Assembly: GCA_963844715.1 (NCBI GenBank) | Contig: CAWJPJ010000003.1 | Coordinates: 1 to 64,000 of the forward strand | Reading direction: 5' to 3' | DNA: 64,000 nucleotides | Source of the DNA: an uncultured Phycisphaerales bacterium | Lineage (GTDB): Bacteria; Planctomycetota; Phycisphaerae; Tepidisphaerales; Tepidisphaeraceae | Shown here: piece by piece, positions 12,110 through 23,966 of the stretch | Position numbering within the stretch: the stretch's first letter is position 1 | Layout: each line of letters begins with the position of its first letter | Position numbers and translations under genes: made by a program | The notes under the pieces: model-generated | Told to the model about the DNA's origin: nothing | Seen by the model: only the letters and a program-made list of their open reading frames with translations | Database searches by the model: none

Positions 12110-15100
12110 ATGGGCTCTTCGGTCGGCAGATTTGCGATTCGACATGGCGTCTCGATCACCTTCCTGGTGATCGCGGTCGCCTTCGCCGGCGCTTATGCCG
12201 CGATAAACATGCCGTCGGCCGTCTTTCCTCAAACCGATTTTCCGCGCGTCATCATCATGGTCCAAAACGGCGCCATGCCCGCCGACGAAATGATGGCCAC
12301 CCTCACCCGCCCCATCGAAGAGGAAATGAAGGAACTCCCCGGCTGCACGACCATCCGTTCCTCCACCGGCCGGGGAACCGCCGAGATCGATCTCTTCTTC
12401 TCCTGGCAAACGGAGATGCACACGGCGGAATTGAACACCCAGGCGCGGCTCTCGCAAATCCGCCAGTCCCTCCCGCCCACCGCCAGTACCGATGTGTATC
12501 GGATGAATTTTTCCACCTTCCCGATCATCGGCCTCAGTCTCATCGGCCCCACCAGCGATGACACGCAAACCTGGGAACTGGCGCGCTACGTCCTGAAGCC
12601 AAAACTCCTCCGAATCAGCGGCGTCTCGCGCGTAGATCTCGTCGGCGGGCACGCTCCGGAATTTATCGTCACCGTCGATCTCCAGCGCCTGGCGTCCCTG
12701 CGATTGGATCTTCCCTCGGTCACCGATGCGCTGCGCAAAAACAACCTCGTGACCGCCGTTGGAATGCATCAGGAAGATCACAGCCTCTATTTAACGGTCG
12801 TCGACGGCCGCGTGCATTCCATTCCCGATATCGAAAACCTGACCATCCCCGATGGGGCCCACCCCGTTCCTCTCAAGGACGTTGCCGTCGTCTCGCGCGC
12901 GCGGAACCGAGCACCAGTGTCGTGACCGCCGACGGCTCTCCCGCCGTGCTTCTGAACATCTTTTCCCAGCCCGACGCCAGTACCCTCGATATCGCCCGCG
13001 ATCTTAAAACTCTTTTGCCCCAAATCCGCGGCCAACTCCCACCGGGAATCAAGCTCTCCTTCTTCTACGACCAGTCGCTGCTCGTGAAGTCCTCCATCGC
13101 GGGCGTTTGGAACGCGATCATCTTCGGCCTCATCCTGTCAGTTCTTATCTTATATCTCTTTCTCAAAGACTGGCCGATGACCTTCGTCGCCATTCTCGTC
13201 ATTCCCATCACCGTCCTGGCCACGATACTGGTAATCAAGCTTTGCGGATTGAGCTTTAATCTCATGACTCTCGGCGGCATCGCCGCAGCGATAGGCCTGG
13301 TCATCGACGACGCCATCGTCGTAGTCGAAGCGATCTGGGCCAAAGCCGCCGCCGGGCTCGGCCGCGCCGGCATCATCGAGCAAGCCGTCGCCGACATCCT
13401 TCCGCCCTTGGTCGGCTCTACTCTCACTCCTGTCGTCGTCTTCATTCCTCTGGCGTTTTTGACCGGCATCGCCGGCGTTTTCTTTCGCGCTTTGGCGATC
13501 ACCATGGTCGTCGCTCTCCTCACCTCACTTGCCTTGGCGCTCACACTCACCCCCACACTTGCCGCATACGCCGTGCGCCCGCGCGACTCAGCCGCGGATC
13601 GCGGCGGCTTTCTCATGCGCGGACTCATCTCGCTATATGAACGCCTGGTTCGAATCGCCCTGCATGCGCGCATTACCGTTCTGGGCCTCGGCATCTTCAT
13701 CCTCTTCGCCGCCGCGACGGGATACACCTATCTGAAAACCGATTTCCTCCCCCGGATGGACGAAGGCGGCTTCATCATCGACTACATCATCCCGCCCGGA
13801 ACCAGTCTGACCGAGGGAGACCGCGAGATGCGCACCGTCGAACAGATTCTTCAAACCATACCCGAGGTGGAAAGCTATTCCCGCCGCCTCGGCACCGCGC
13901 TCGGCGTCGGCATTGTCGAGCCCAACACGGGTGATTTTCTGGTCAAACTCAAATCCGATCGCCGCCGATCCAGCGATCAGATCATCACCGAGCTTCGCCG
14001 GCGCCTCGTCGCCGTTCTTCCGCGCGACGATTTCGAATTTCCGGGAATTCTTTCCGATCTGATCGGCGACCTCACCTGGGCCGACGAGCCGATCGAGATC
14101 AAAGTCATCTCCAACGATCAGAAACTGCTCCAGTATTCCGCCTATCAAATCGAAGAAGACATCCAACACGTCCCCGGCGTGGTGGACACCTTCAATGGGC
14201 TTGTTTTCACCGGGCCATCCATTTCGTTTAAGGTGCGTTACGCCGATGCCCAGCGCTACGGGCTTCAGCGCCAGGCGATAGCCGACGCCGTCAACATCAC
14301 CATGCTCGGCCAAACCGCGACGACGGTTCTCGAAGGCGATCGCACTGTGAATATCCGCGTGCGAGGCAATCCCGATTACGTGGATCGCATCGCCAAACTC
14401 CGCCAGCTTCCGCTGCGCGCCGCCGACGGAACAATCATTCAGCTCGAGCAAGTCTGCGACCTGGAAATCTCTCCCCCGCAACTGGAACTCCATCGCGACG
14501 ATCTGCGCCAGAGCATCGCCGTCACCGCGGATTTGCAGGATCGCGACCTCGGCAGCGCCATGGCCGAAGTCCGCCAGGTCCTCGATCAGGACAAAACACT
14601 CTCCCCCGACACCATCGAATACGGCGGCCTCTACCAGCAGCAACAGGAATCGTTCCGAAATCTCACCCTCGTGCTCCTTACCGCCCTGGTGCTGGTCTTC
14701 ACCGTCGCCCTGCTCGAATTCCGATCATTCCGGGAGCCGATCGCGATTGTCTTCGGGGCGGCCCTTTCCGCCTTTGGCATTGTCGCCGCCCTGCTCATCA
14801 CCTCGACAACCCTTAACATCGTGACCTTCCTCGGCGCGATTATCGGAATGGGCATCGTCCATAAAAATGGGCTCCTGATGCTCGATCACGTCAAAAACCT
14901 GCGCAACGCCGGAATGCCATTGGAAGAGGCCCTGATTCAGTCCGGACGGCGGAGACTTCGCCCGGTTTTAATGACCTCCCTGGCGGCGGGCCTGGGGATG
15001 CTCCCCCTGACTTTCGGCCGGGAATCGGCTGATATGCTCCGCCCCCTGGCTATCGCAGTGATCGGCGCGGTTTGCGTCTCGGTTCTCTTGTCCCTCATCG

Positions 15101-15162
15101 CAACGCCGACCCTCTATTACATTCTGGCCTCCCGCAAGCCATTTGAGGATAAGGCTTTATAA
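12110..15162 (+). CDS. RND efflux permease (AcrB/CzcA family), frameshift near 12900
   Basis: ORFs 12110-12925 and 12922-15162; GLVIDDAIVVVE, FLPRMDEG, RRLRPVLMTSLA. Confidence 0.92.
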
Positions 15163-15167
15163 TTCAA

Positions 15168-15195
15168 TTGACGTTTGGTGTTTATTCGGTAAACT
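15168..15195 (+). promoter_or_regulatory. Candidate sigma70 promoter upstream of the ilvB leader
   Basis: TTGACG-16 bp-TAAACT. A second candidate, TTGTCA-17 bp-TACATT, lies at 15351-15379. Confidence 0.45.
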
Positions 15196-15206
15196 ATGTG
15201 TTGATC

Positions 15207-15257
15207 ATGTCATCGTCCGCCGAAATCGCGTTGTTGCTTACGGTCGCCGTACGATAG
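15207..15257 (+). CDS. Candidate ilvB leader peptide MSSSAEIALLLTVAVR
   Basis: 16-codon ORF with a cluster of Ile/Leu/Val codons, followed by a GC-rich inverted repeat, about 150 bp upstream of ilvB. Confidence 0.5.
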   Translation: MSSSAEIALLLTVAVR

Positions 15258-15409
15258 GCCGGCGCCACGGCCCGGGGCCTGCCCCCCGCCGCGACCGGCC
15301 CACTTCAGAATGCTTATTCTCGTTCCTGCTAAGAATTTACGATATTTAAATTGTCACTAAAAACACGCTCAGTTACATTTTGGGCGGCTGAAAACCGAGG
15401 GTTCTAACC

Positions 15410-17150
15410 ATGGCCACGCTGCAAACCGAAACGCAAATCGCTCCGACGACCTCTAAACCCAAGTATCAGGGCAAGACCGGCGCCAAGATCTTCCACGAAA
15501 TGCTCGTTCAGCAGCACAAGGTGGAGGTCATGTTCGGCTACCCCGGCGGGGCCATCCTCCCCGTCTTCGACGAACTCTACAAAACCCCGGCGAAGTTCAT
15601 CCTCAACCGCCACGAGCAAGGCAGCGGCCACTGCGCCGACGGCTACGCCCGCGCCACCGGCCGCCCAGGCGTCTGCGTCGTCACCAGCGGCCCCGGCGCC
15701 ACCAATACCGTCACCCCCCTGGCCACCGCTCAACTCGATTCCATACCCATCCTGGTCTTCAGCGGGCAGGTCGCGACCAAAGTGATCGGAAACGACGCCT
15801 TCCAGGAGGCCGACGTCACCGGCATCACCCGCCCCTGCACCAAGTGGAATTACCTGGTGAAGGACATCCACGACCTCCCGCGCGTGATCAACGAAGCATT
15901 CCTGATCGCCACCACCGGCCGGCCCGGCCCCGTGCTCGTCGATCTTCCCAAAGACGTCACGACGGGAATCTGCACCCGCGAAGTCGACGACGCCCCGCGC
16001 CCCCACGTGCAAAAACGCAAAACCGCCTTCTTGGCGGCCCACGCCAAGCAGGTTCAGGATGCTGCGGAGCTGATTAACCGCAGCGAAAAGCCAATCCTCT
16101 ACGTCGGCGGCGGCGTCATCATCAGCGGCGCTTCCACCGCCCTGCGAAAAATCGCCGAGAAGGGAAACATTCCCTGCACGACGACATTGCTGGGCCTGGG
16201 GGCATTTGACGAACTCGACTCGCGCGCATGTGTATGCTGGGCATGCACGGCTCGGCCGCCGCGAACTATGCCGTCCAGGATTGCGACTGCCTCATCAGCA
16301 TTGGCGCGCGTTTCGACGATCGCGTGACCGGCAATCTCGCGACGTTCGCGCCCAAGGCCAAGATCATCCACATCGATATCGATCCCAGCAGCATCTCCAA
16401 GAATGTGGATGTGGATGTCCCCGTCGTCGGCGACGCCAAGTCTTCGCTGGAAGCCATGCTCCCGCTCATCGAGCACCGCGACCGCCACGCCTGGTGGAGC
16501 CAGCTCAACGCCTGGCGGCAGCGCTACCCGTTCAAATATCTCGACGATTCCAAAAATGCCAAGCCGCAGTACGTCATCGAGGAACTCAACCGCCAGACCA
16601 ACGGCGATGCGATCATCACCACCGGCGTCGGCCAGCACCAGATGTGGGCCGCCCAGTTCTATCGCTGGCGCTACCCGCGCAGATGATCACCAGCGGCGGC
16701 CTCGGCACCATGGGCTACGGTCTCCCCAGCTCCATGGGCGCGGCGCTGGGCAGCCCCGGAAAAGTCGTCATCGACATCGACGGCGACGCCAGCTTCCTCA
16801 TGACCATGAGCGAACTGGCTACCGTGGCTGAATACAACATCCCCGTCAAAATCTGCATCCTCAACAACGATTTTCAGGGGATGGTCAAGCAGTGGCAGGA
16901 CCTCTTCTACCAGCGCCGCTACAGCCAGACCGCGATGAAGAACCCGAATTTCGCGAAGCTGGCCGAATCCTTCGGCATCCGCGGCATCCGCTGCGATAAC
17001 AAATCCGAAGTCCCCAAGGTCGTCGGCGAAATGCTCGCCCACAAGGGCCCCATCGTCGTCGACTTCTACGTCGAGCCCAACGAGCACGTCTATCCGATGG
17101 TCCCCAGCGGCAAGGGCCTGCACGAAATGGAACTCGGAACGTTGTCGTAA
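15410..17150 (+). CDS. ilvB: Acetolactate synthase large subunit (two frameshifts, ~16225 and ~16680)
   Basis: [56 protein letters not shown]. Confidence 0.95.
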
Positions 17151-17168
17151 ATAAAACGAACTCCATCC

Positions 17169-17200
17169 AAGCCGGCGGATAGCAATCCGCCGGCTTTTTT
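17169..17200 (+). terminator. Rho-independent terminator after ilvB
   Basis: aagccggcggat-agca-atccgccggctt followed by a T tract. Confidence 0.9.
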
Positions 17201-17220
17201 CACATAATGGAGGCGATCCC

Positions 17221-17793
17221 TTGACCGCCGGACCCACATCGTCCCCTCCCAAAGCCCCCATCACCCCCGGGACCATCCAGGTGCGCATCAAGGACCTCAG
17301 CCAGCTCTTCAACTCTATCGACCCCTCTCCCTTCCGCGAAAAAGATTTGGACGACGACGCCTCCGAATTCATCGTCGGTTGGGCCAAGGAACTCCCCGGC
17401 AACCAGCCCCTGACACTTTTGGTTTTTTTGGATAAAGCCGCTTTTCCGCCCGACGCCACGGAAACTCTCTCCGAAGCCGTACACCAGTTTTTCGGCCATA
17501 ACTCCGATCTCGCTCGGCAGCGACTTCGCCAGTTGCTTCGTGTCGGACGAATTAGCCTGCTGATCGGCTCGGCATTCCTCGCCCTCTGCATTCTCGCAGG
17601 CGATTGGGCCACCCGCGCGTATCCCCAATCAGAATTCGCCGAAATCATCCAACAAAGCCTCATCATAGGCGGCTGGGTCGCCATGTGGCGCCCGATCGAA
17701 ATCTTCCTCTACGACTGGTGGCCCATCCTCCGCGAGCGGCGAATTTTCGACCGCCTCAGCAGGATGCGCGTCGTCATTCAATGCACGCAGTAA
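17221..17793 (+). CDS. Conserved hypothetical membrane protein
   Basis: QLFNSIDPSPFREKDLDDDA N-terminus; two C-terminal TM segments ending GWVAMWRPIEIFLYDWWP. Confidence 0.75.
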   Translation: MTAGPTSSPPKAPITPGTIQVRIKDLSQLFNSIDPSPFREKDLDDDASEFIVGWAKELPGNQPLTLLVFLDKAAFPPDATETLSEAVHQFFGHNSDLARQRLRQLLRVGRISLLIGSAFLALCILAGDWATRAYPQSEFAEIIQQSLIIGGWVAMWRPIEIFLYDWWPILRERRIFDRLSRMRVVIQCTQ

Positions 17794-19273
17794 CCACTTC
17801 GAAAACATCGTCCACGCAGCGCTGGCTGACCGTTTTTCTCGCCATCGGACTTTTTCTGCGCCTGTTTCGCTACGCCGTCGCCATGCCCGTCTGGGGGGAT
17901 GAAGCCTTCGTCGGCCTGAACATCATCAATCGCGGATTCGCCGCCCTTCTCCAGCCCCTCGATTACGCGCAGGTTGCCCCGCCCGGATTTCTTCTCGCCG
18001 AGCGCACGATGTACCTCTGGTTCGGGATGGGCGAATACGCCATGCGTTTCCTGCCGATGCTCGCGGGCCTCGCGGCTCTCCTGCTCTTCGCCTACTGGGC
18101 ACGCCTCCTGGCAAGCCCGAACGTCGTCGTTATCGCCGTCGCGATCATGGCCATCGGAAATTATCCGGTTCGCTACGCCGTCGAACTCAAGCCCTACGGC
18201 ATCGACATGTTCGCCAGCCTTCTTCTCCTCATCCCCGCCACGCTTTATTTCCTGCGGAAACGCAAAATCTGGCTCGGCTTAACCATCATTCTCCTCCCCT
18301 TCTGCCTGGCGATTTCTTTTCCCGCGATCTTTATCGCCGGCGCCATCGGCTTCGCCCTCCTGACCGTGGCCCGCAAAAAGGATTTGGTTTGGACAGCCAT
18401 TTACGCAATCGTCGCCATCGGCTGTTTCCTGATCCTCATGAAGCTCACCGTCACCGGCCAATTCGACGCCAATCGCCACGCCATGACCACCTATTGGTCC
18501 GACGCCTTCCCCCCCACGGGCCCGCGAAATTCCTCATCTGGTTCGTGCAAGTCCACACCGGCAACATGTTCGCCTATCCCTTCGGGGCAAAAAACGGCGG
18601 CAGCGTCGTCAGCTTCTTCGCCTTCCTCGTCGGCATCGCCGTGTTTTTTCGAACCCGCGGGTGGTGGCTCCCCATCCTGCTCCTCTGTCCCTTCGTCCTC
18701 AATTTCGCCGCCGCGATCCTCCGCCGATATCCCTACGGCGACAGCGCCCGCGTCCTGCAATATCTCGCCCCCGCCATCGTCCTCCTCATCGCAGCGGGAC
18801 TCGCGCATCCTCGATTTTCTCTTCCGCGAAAAGCACAAACGCCAACTCGCCGGCCAATGGCTCTGCTATCTCCTGGCGGCTTACGGCGGCTACATTTTCT
18901 TCTACTACGTCTTCCACCCCTACCAAACCCGCCCCGACTCGGACGCGCGAAACCTGGTCCGAGCCTTTTGGCAGGAAGCCCCGCCCAACGCCGTGGTGGC
19001 CGTGCTCGAAAGCCAGCACGATACCCAGGTAAACTTCCAATGGTATTTGCCGCCGGCCAGGACGATCACAAAATCATCTGGGACGCCGACCACGATTCAA
19101 CCTGGCAAAAGACCACCGGCCCCCTGCTCGTGGTCACCACTCAGCGCCGCGCGAACCTCAAAGCGCAACTGACCGCAGAAATCGGCCGCCCCCCCACTCA
19201 TCACGTTTCCGCCGACATGCACCTCGGTCCCAAGCAGGCCGCCCCCGACCATTTCGAGTCCTTCACCTTCTGA
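17781..19273 (+). CDS. GT-C fold (ArnT/PMT-like) membrane glycosyltransferase, several frameshifts
   Basis: WGDEA motif after TM1, QVAPPGF, ELKPY, YPYG..RV; pieces in ORFs 17604-19172 and 18389-19273. Confidence 0.7.
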
Positions 19274-19334
19274 TTTGCCAACCCGGCTCGTTTGCGTTAC
19301 CAATTCGCAAGCAGATCGGGAGGAGCTACCCGCC

Positions 19335-19949
19335 ATGACACAGTCCGCGATCGCGACCGCCGCCGATTACGCCGACGCCATGCTCACTGCCCGCAAGGCC
19401 AAGCAACTCATCTGGACGGCCCTCGTCGTCATGATCGCCGCCCAGATCGTTTGCTTCTTCGTGGCCCGCTATCGCGTCGATCCCGCCGCCAGTAATCACG
19501 CGACCGACATCCTCAAATACATCACCGGCGGCATCGACTTCCTCGGCATGGTTCTCACCCTCGTTCTGGCAATCGATCTCCTGCTCATCGTCGTCATCAT
19601 GCTCGTCGGCCGATTGATCGGCGTCTCGCGCGTCGTCTCCGCTTTTCTCTGGTGCGTGGTCCTGGCCGTCCTGCTTTTCCCCTGGCAGGCCTTCCTCATG
19701 AACCAGACGTTCAATTCGCCCGAAATCAAAATCCCCGGCGTGCTGTACAATTGGGCCGAACTGGCCCTCCGGGCCCGCGCATCCCGCCACCACGCAGGGC
19801 TCCATTCTCTTCTGGGCGAGATTCGTCGCCTGGCCCGCCGGGTCGCTGCTCATCCTGCTGATCATCCACGCCAACAGCCAACGCGGCCTGCGGCAGGCGC
19901 TGGGCGAAATCCCGCCCAAACCCTTCCCAAGAACCGAATAATTTTTTAA
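19335..19949 (+). CDS. Hypothetical membrane protein (probable 3' frameshift)
   Basis: RBS GGAG upstream; 3-4 hydrophobic segments. Confidence 0.6.
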   Translation: MTQSAIATAADYADAMLTARKAKQLIWTALVVMIAAQIVCFFVARYRVDPAASNHATDILKYITGGIDFLGMVLTLVLAIDLLLIVVIMLVGRLIGVSRVVSAFLWCVVLAVLLFPWQAFLMNQTFNSPEIKIPGVLYNWAELALRARASRHHAGLHSLLGEIRRLARRVAAHPADHPRQQPTRPAAGAGRNPAQTLPKNRIIF

Positions 19950-19956
19950 GTCTTTT

Positions 19957-20313
19957 ATGCGAGAAGAGCGGGGACAACTCACGGGCGACCGGGTCATCAG
20001 CGAGCCCTATACCCTCTGGGGCAAAATCGCCGGAAACCTCACCGTCGTTGACGGCGGAAAGCTCTACGTCCGCGGCAATGTCTTCGGCGATCTAATCGTC
20101 CAGGAAGGCGGTCGAGCCCACATTCTCGGAAACGTCAAAGGCACCGTCACCATCATGCCCCGGACCAAAGTCATCATCGGCGGAATCATCGGCGGCGACG
20201 TCCTCAACCAAGGCGGACGCCTCTTCATCGAACACTCCGCCAAACTGCTGGGAAAAGTCAAAACCAAGGACGGGGAAACGACCTTCGAAGACAAATCCGC
20301 GAACGCACCCTAA
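19957..20313 (+). CDS. Bactofilin-like (polymer-forming cytoskeletal) beta-helix protein
   Basis: Repeating G-x-(I/V)-x-G-(N/D)-(L/V)-x-(V/I) units. Confidence 0.6.
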   Translation: MREERGQLTGDRVISEPYTLWGKIAGNLTVVDGGKLYVRGNVFGDLIVQEGGRAHILGNVKGTVTIMPRTKVIIGGIIGGDVLNQGGRLFIEHSAKLLGKVKTKDGETTFEDKSANAP

Positions 20314-20357
20314 CCCAGGTTTAGCGGCCGCCTTCAGGCGGCGCGAAGCCACCGACC

Positions 20358-22570
20358 CTAAAGCTGCGCCCCCGCCAGCTCCAGCCGCAACATCAGCAGC
20401 CCAGCCGCCAATTGCGAATCCGCCTTGAGCAATCGCTGCCCGGCGGGCTGCGTCGTGGGCGCCTCCGGCTTTGCGTCCGCCCGACGTAGAACGTCCATCT
20501 CCTCCCGCGCTTCGATCACCGCGCCCATCTGCTCCGGCGTCATCTCCACCGTGACGTCCGGATCAACCCCCCACGTCTTGCTGTTCTTCTCGCGATGAAT
20601 GCACCGCCCGCTCGGCAGGTAATAGTGCGCCGTCGTCAATTTCAAATAGGCCTTGCTCGAATCCAGCGGGAAGAGCATCTGCACGCTCCCCTTGCCGTAC
20701 GTGCGCTGCCCGACGATCAGCGCCCGCCGATCGTCCTTCAGGGCTCCGGAGACGATTTCGCTCGCGCTGGCCGACCACTGGTTCACCAGCACGATCATCG
20801 GCACATCGGTCTCCATCTCGTCGGCGCGGGCATTGATCACGATCGGAGGATTGCTCGTCACGCGATCCGCCTGTGTCCGCACGATCACGCCGTTGGCCAC
20901 GAACTTATTCACCACCGCCGTCGCCGCCGGCAGCAAGCCGCCCAGGTTGTCCCGCAAATCCAGGATAATTGCCTTGGCGCCTCCCTGCTTCATCTGCTGA
21001 ATCGCGGCGTCCAAATCTTCGCTGGTTGTCTTCGAAAAGCTGGTCAGCCGGACGTAGGCAACCCGCTGCTCCGGATCGACGAAATAATCCCACCCGCCGC
21101 CCGGCTTCCGCTCATACCCTTCCACGCTGTCGACCTTGATCAGTTCCCGCCGCAGCACGTGGTCCTTCAGCCCCCCGTCCACGGACCGGATCTGCAAACT
21201 CACCGTCGTGCCCGGAGGGCCGACTATTTCCTTCACCGCGCACTCAACGGAAACCCCCTTCGCATTCTTCCCTTCAATTTGCGTGATGATGTCTCCCGCC
21301 TGAATCCCGTCGCGAAACGCCGGCGTATCCTCCAGCGGGGTCACGATCTTCAGATTCCCTTCCCGATCGTTTTCGATCTCCAGTCCCACGCCGCCAAATT
21401 CACCCTGAGTCATTCGCTCGGTATCTTCAACTTCCGACGGCCAGATCACCTTGCTGAACGGATCCAGCGGCGTAAACGCCCCGTCCGCGAATTCACTCAC
21501 AAAAACTTCTTCAGGCAGTTGGATCGTTTTGTCGTTCAGGTCGCGAAGTGTATTCAGCGATTGCGTCATTACTTCCTCGGACGTGTCGTCCGTCGCGCCC
21601 TTCGCATCCGCCAGGCACTGATCGACCCCCGCCTGGAACTGGGCCCGCTTCTGCGGATCGCCTAATCCCGGAAACGCCGATTCCAATCCCGGCGTCGTCA
21701 GCAGCGTCGTCAGCCCATTCAATCCCCCTTGCAGCATGTCCTGGAAAGTCACGTCCCGGTAATACTGCTGTTCCGCCAGAACCAGCGAATCCCACAGCAT
21801 GTCATACTGAATTCCCTTGGTGACTTCATGCCAGTCCAGGTCCTGCGATGCTTCGTCGTCCTTGGATGGTTGCGTCGTCGCCGCGGCCTTAGCCGGGCGC
21901 GTCGTCGGAAACAGCAGCTTGTCCTCCGCTTCCCGCGCCGCTGATTCCGCATCCTGCAACTTCTTCAGCTTATCGGCGCATACATCATCAGCAGCGTCAC
22001 GCGCCGCATCGCCAGGTCGAATTTGTCGTTCCAGCTCGATACCGACGGCTCCAGCGAGCATAGATCCGAATACAACCGCGCCGCTTCCAGCCATTGCTGA
22101 TGCGCCTCGTCCGCGTCCGCCGCGGCCGCCGATTCCTTCATCAAATCAACGACCCACTGCTGCTTGCTGAAATTATCTTTGTCGTCCGAAAGGGTATACG
22201 CGCTGGCCGCCTCGTCGATGGCGTAGGTATCCATCTTGTTGTCCATCAAAAGATGGAGGTTGGCCAGCGCCTTCTCGTATTGCTCGCGCCGCTCGCCGTT
22301 GAATGATTTGCACTGATCTCCGTACTCCCGCGTCCATTCAGCCATCTGCTGAACCGACGAATCCTGCGTCATGCTGGCGGCTTCCCCCAGAAGCTGGCTG
22401 CTGCGAAGGAAATCCCCGCTGCGAATCGCCTGAAATGCTTCGCTCTTGAGTTCTTCAACCGCGGCAAGCGATTGCGGCCCGGGCGACGGCGCCGCCGACT
22501 CCGCCCAAACCACTCCCGTCAACGCCAAAACCGCTCCGCTCCAAACCGACAAACGCATCATGCGCATCAC
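20358..22570 (-). CDS. Carboxyl-terminal processing protease, S41 family with PDZ domain (frameshift ~21970)
   Basis: GEFGGVGLEI, LDLRDNLGGLL, SASASEIVSGAL, RTYGKGSVQ; signal peptide in ORF 21965-22570. Confidence 0.92.
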
Positions 22571-22748
22571 CTAAAAAATAAAAAGTGGTCGATCTCGGGT
22601 TCCCGATTCCAGTGGGCTTTCAACCTTAGCCCGTCAATCGCCCCCGGTCAAACCATTACACAATGCCAACGAATGGCCCGCCATGAGTTTATCGAATGGC
22701 CATCCGCCGGCTTCTCCTATACCATTCTCCCTCACCGAAACTTTCGCC

Positions 22749-23402
22749 ATGCGAATTTTACTCACCGCCGGCCCCACCCACGAACCGATCGACTCCGTTC
22801 GTTACATCGGCAACCGCAGCAGCGGCCGCCTCGGACGCGCTCTGGCCGAAGTGGCCCAGCGCTCGGGCCACGAAGTCACCCTAATTCTCGGCCCCGTCAG
22901 CGAACCCATGCCGGGCAACCTGCGCCGAATTGACGTTCAAACGGCCCAACAAATGCTCGACGCCGTTCTCGCTGAGTTTCCACGGAACGATCTCTTAATC
23001 ATGGCCGCGGCAGTATGTGATTATCGTCCTAAATCGGTAGCGCCGGGAAAAATTGAACGCCGCGAAAACCTGATTTTGGAGCTGGAATCGACGCCCGACA
23101 TCCTCGCCGCTGCCGGAGCCGTCAAAATGCCCGACCAGCGAACCGTCGGCTTCAGCCTCGAGGCCACCCCCGATCTGACTCGTTCGGCAACGAAACTAAC
23201 TCAAAAGCATCTCGACCTGATCATCTACAATTCAATTCAGACCATAGCAAGCCCGGTAATCGACGCCACCCTGCTTTATCCCAGCGGCACGACCGAAGAG
23301 CTCGGCTCGCGGTCCAAGGAAGAGTTTGCCACCCTCCTTCTCCACCGTTCTCTTGCCTTGTTCGGTCCCGTATCGCATATCCCTAACCAGCACAAAACGT
23401 GA
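22749..23402 (+). CDS. coaB: Phosphopantothenate--cysteine ligase (stand-alone CoaB/DFP domain)
   Basis: LLTAGPTHEPIDSVRYIGNRSSG, MAAAVCDY, VGFSLE. Confidence 0.88.
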   Translation: MRILLTAGPTHEPIDSVRYIGNRSSGRLGRALAEVAQRSGHEVTLILGPVSEPMPGNLRRIDVQTAQQMLDAVLAEFPRNDLLIMAAAVCDYRPKSVAPGKIERRENLILELESTPDILAAAGAVKMPDQRTVGFSLEATPDLTRSATKLTQKHLDLIIYNSIQTIASPVIDATLLYPSGTTEELGSRSKEEFATLLLHRSLALFGPVSHIPNQHKT

Positions 23403-23510
23403 ATTCGCTTTCCCCTTCTAACATCCGCTGCTGGCCGTCAATTCGGCAAGCGATTATGGGTCGAAACCTGGAACTAACCCCTGTCCCCCGCATGAATTGG
23501 AGTTTTGCCT

Positions 23511-23966
23511 ATGTCCAGCCCGATAACTGTTAAGGTCAAACGCCTCGCTCATGGTGAGGGTCTGCCTTTACCCCAGCGAATGACCGAGCATTCGGCCGGC
23601 TTTGATGTCTCCGCGGCCGTCGAAAAAAACATGGAACTCAAACCCGGAGAAATCCAGCTCGTCCCCTGTGGCTTCGCCATGGCGATCCCAGAGGGTTACG
23701 AAGCGCAAATCCGTCCCCGCAGCGGTCTGGCCGCCAAACACGGAGTCACCCTGGTCAACACACCAGGCACCATCGATTCCGACTACCGCGGCGAAATCCG
23801 CGTCCCCCTCATCAACCTGGGGAAGAACAGTTTCACGATCGAACGCGGCATGCGAATCGCGGAAATGCTCATCTCCCCCGTCCCGCAAGTATCCCTCGAG
23901 GAAGTCGAAGACCTCGACTCCACCCCGCGCGGACACGGAGGCTTTGGACACACAGGAACCAAATGA
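23511..23966 (+). CDS. dut: dUTP diphosphatase
   Basis: SAGFD, RPRSGLA, GTIDSDYRGEI, RGHGGFGHTG. Confidence 0.97.
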   Translation: MSSPITVKVKRLAHGEGLPLPQRMTEHSAGFDVSAAVEKNMELKPGEIQLVPCGFAMAIPEGYEAQIRPRSGLAAKHGVTLVNTPGTIDSDYRGEIRVPLINLGKNSFTIERGMRIAEMLISPVPQVSLEEVEDLDSTPRGHGGFGHTGTK

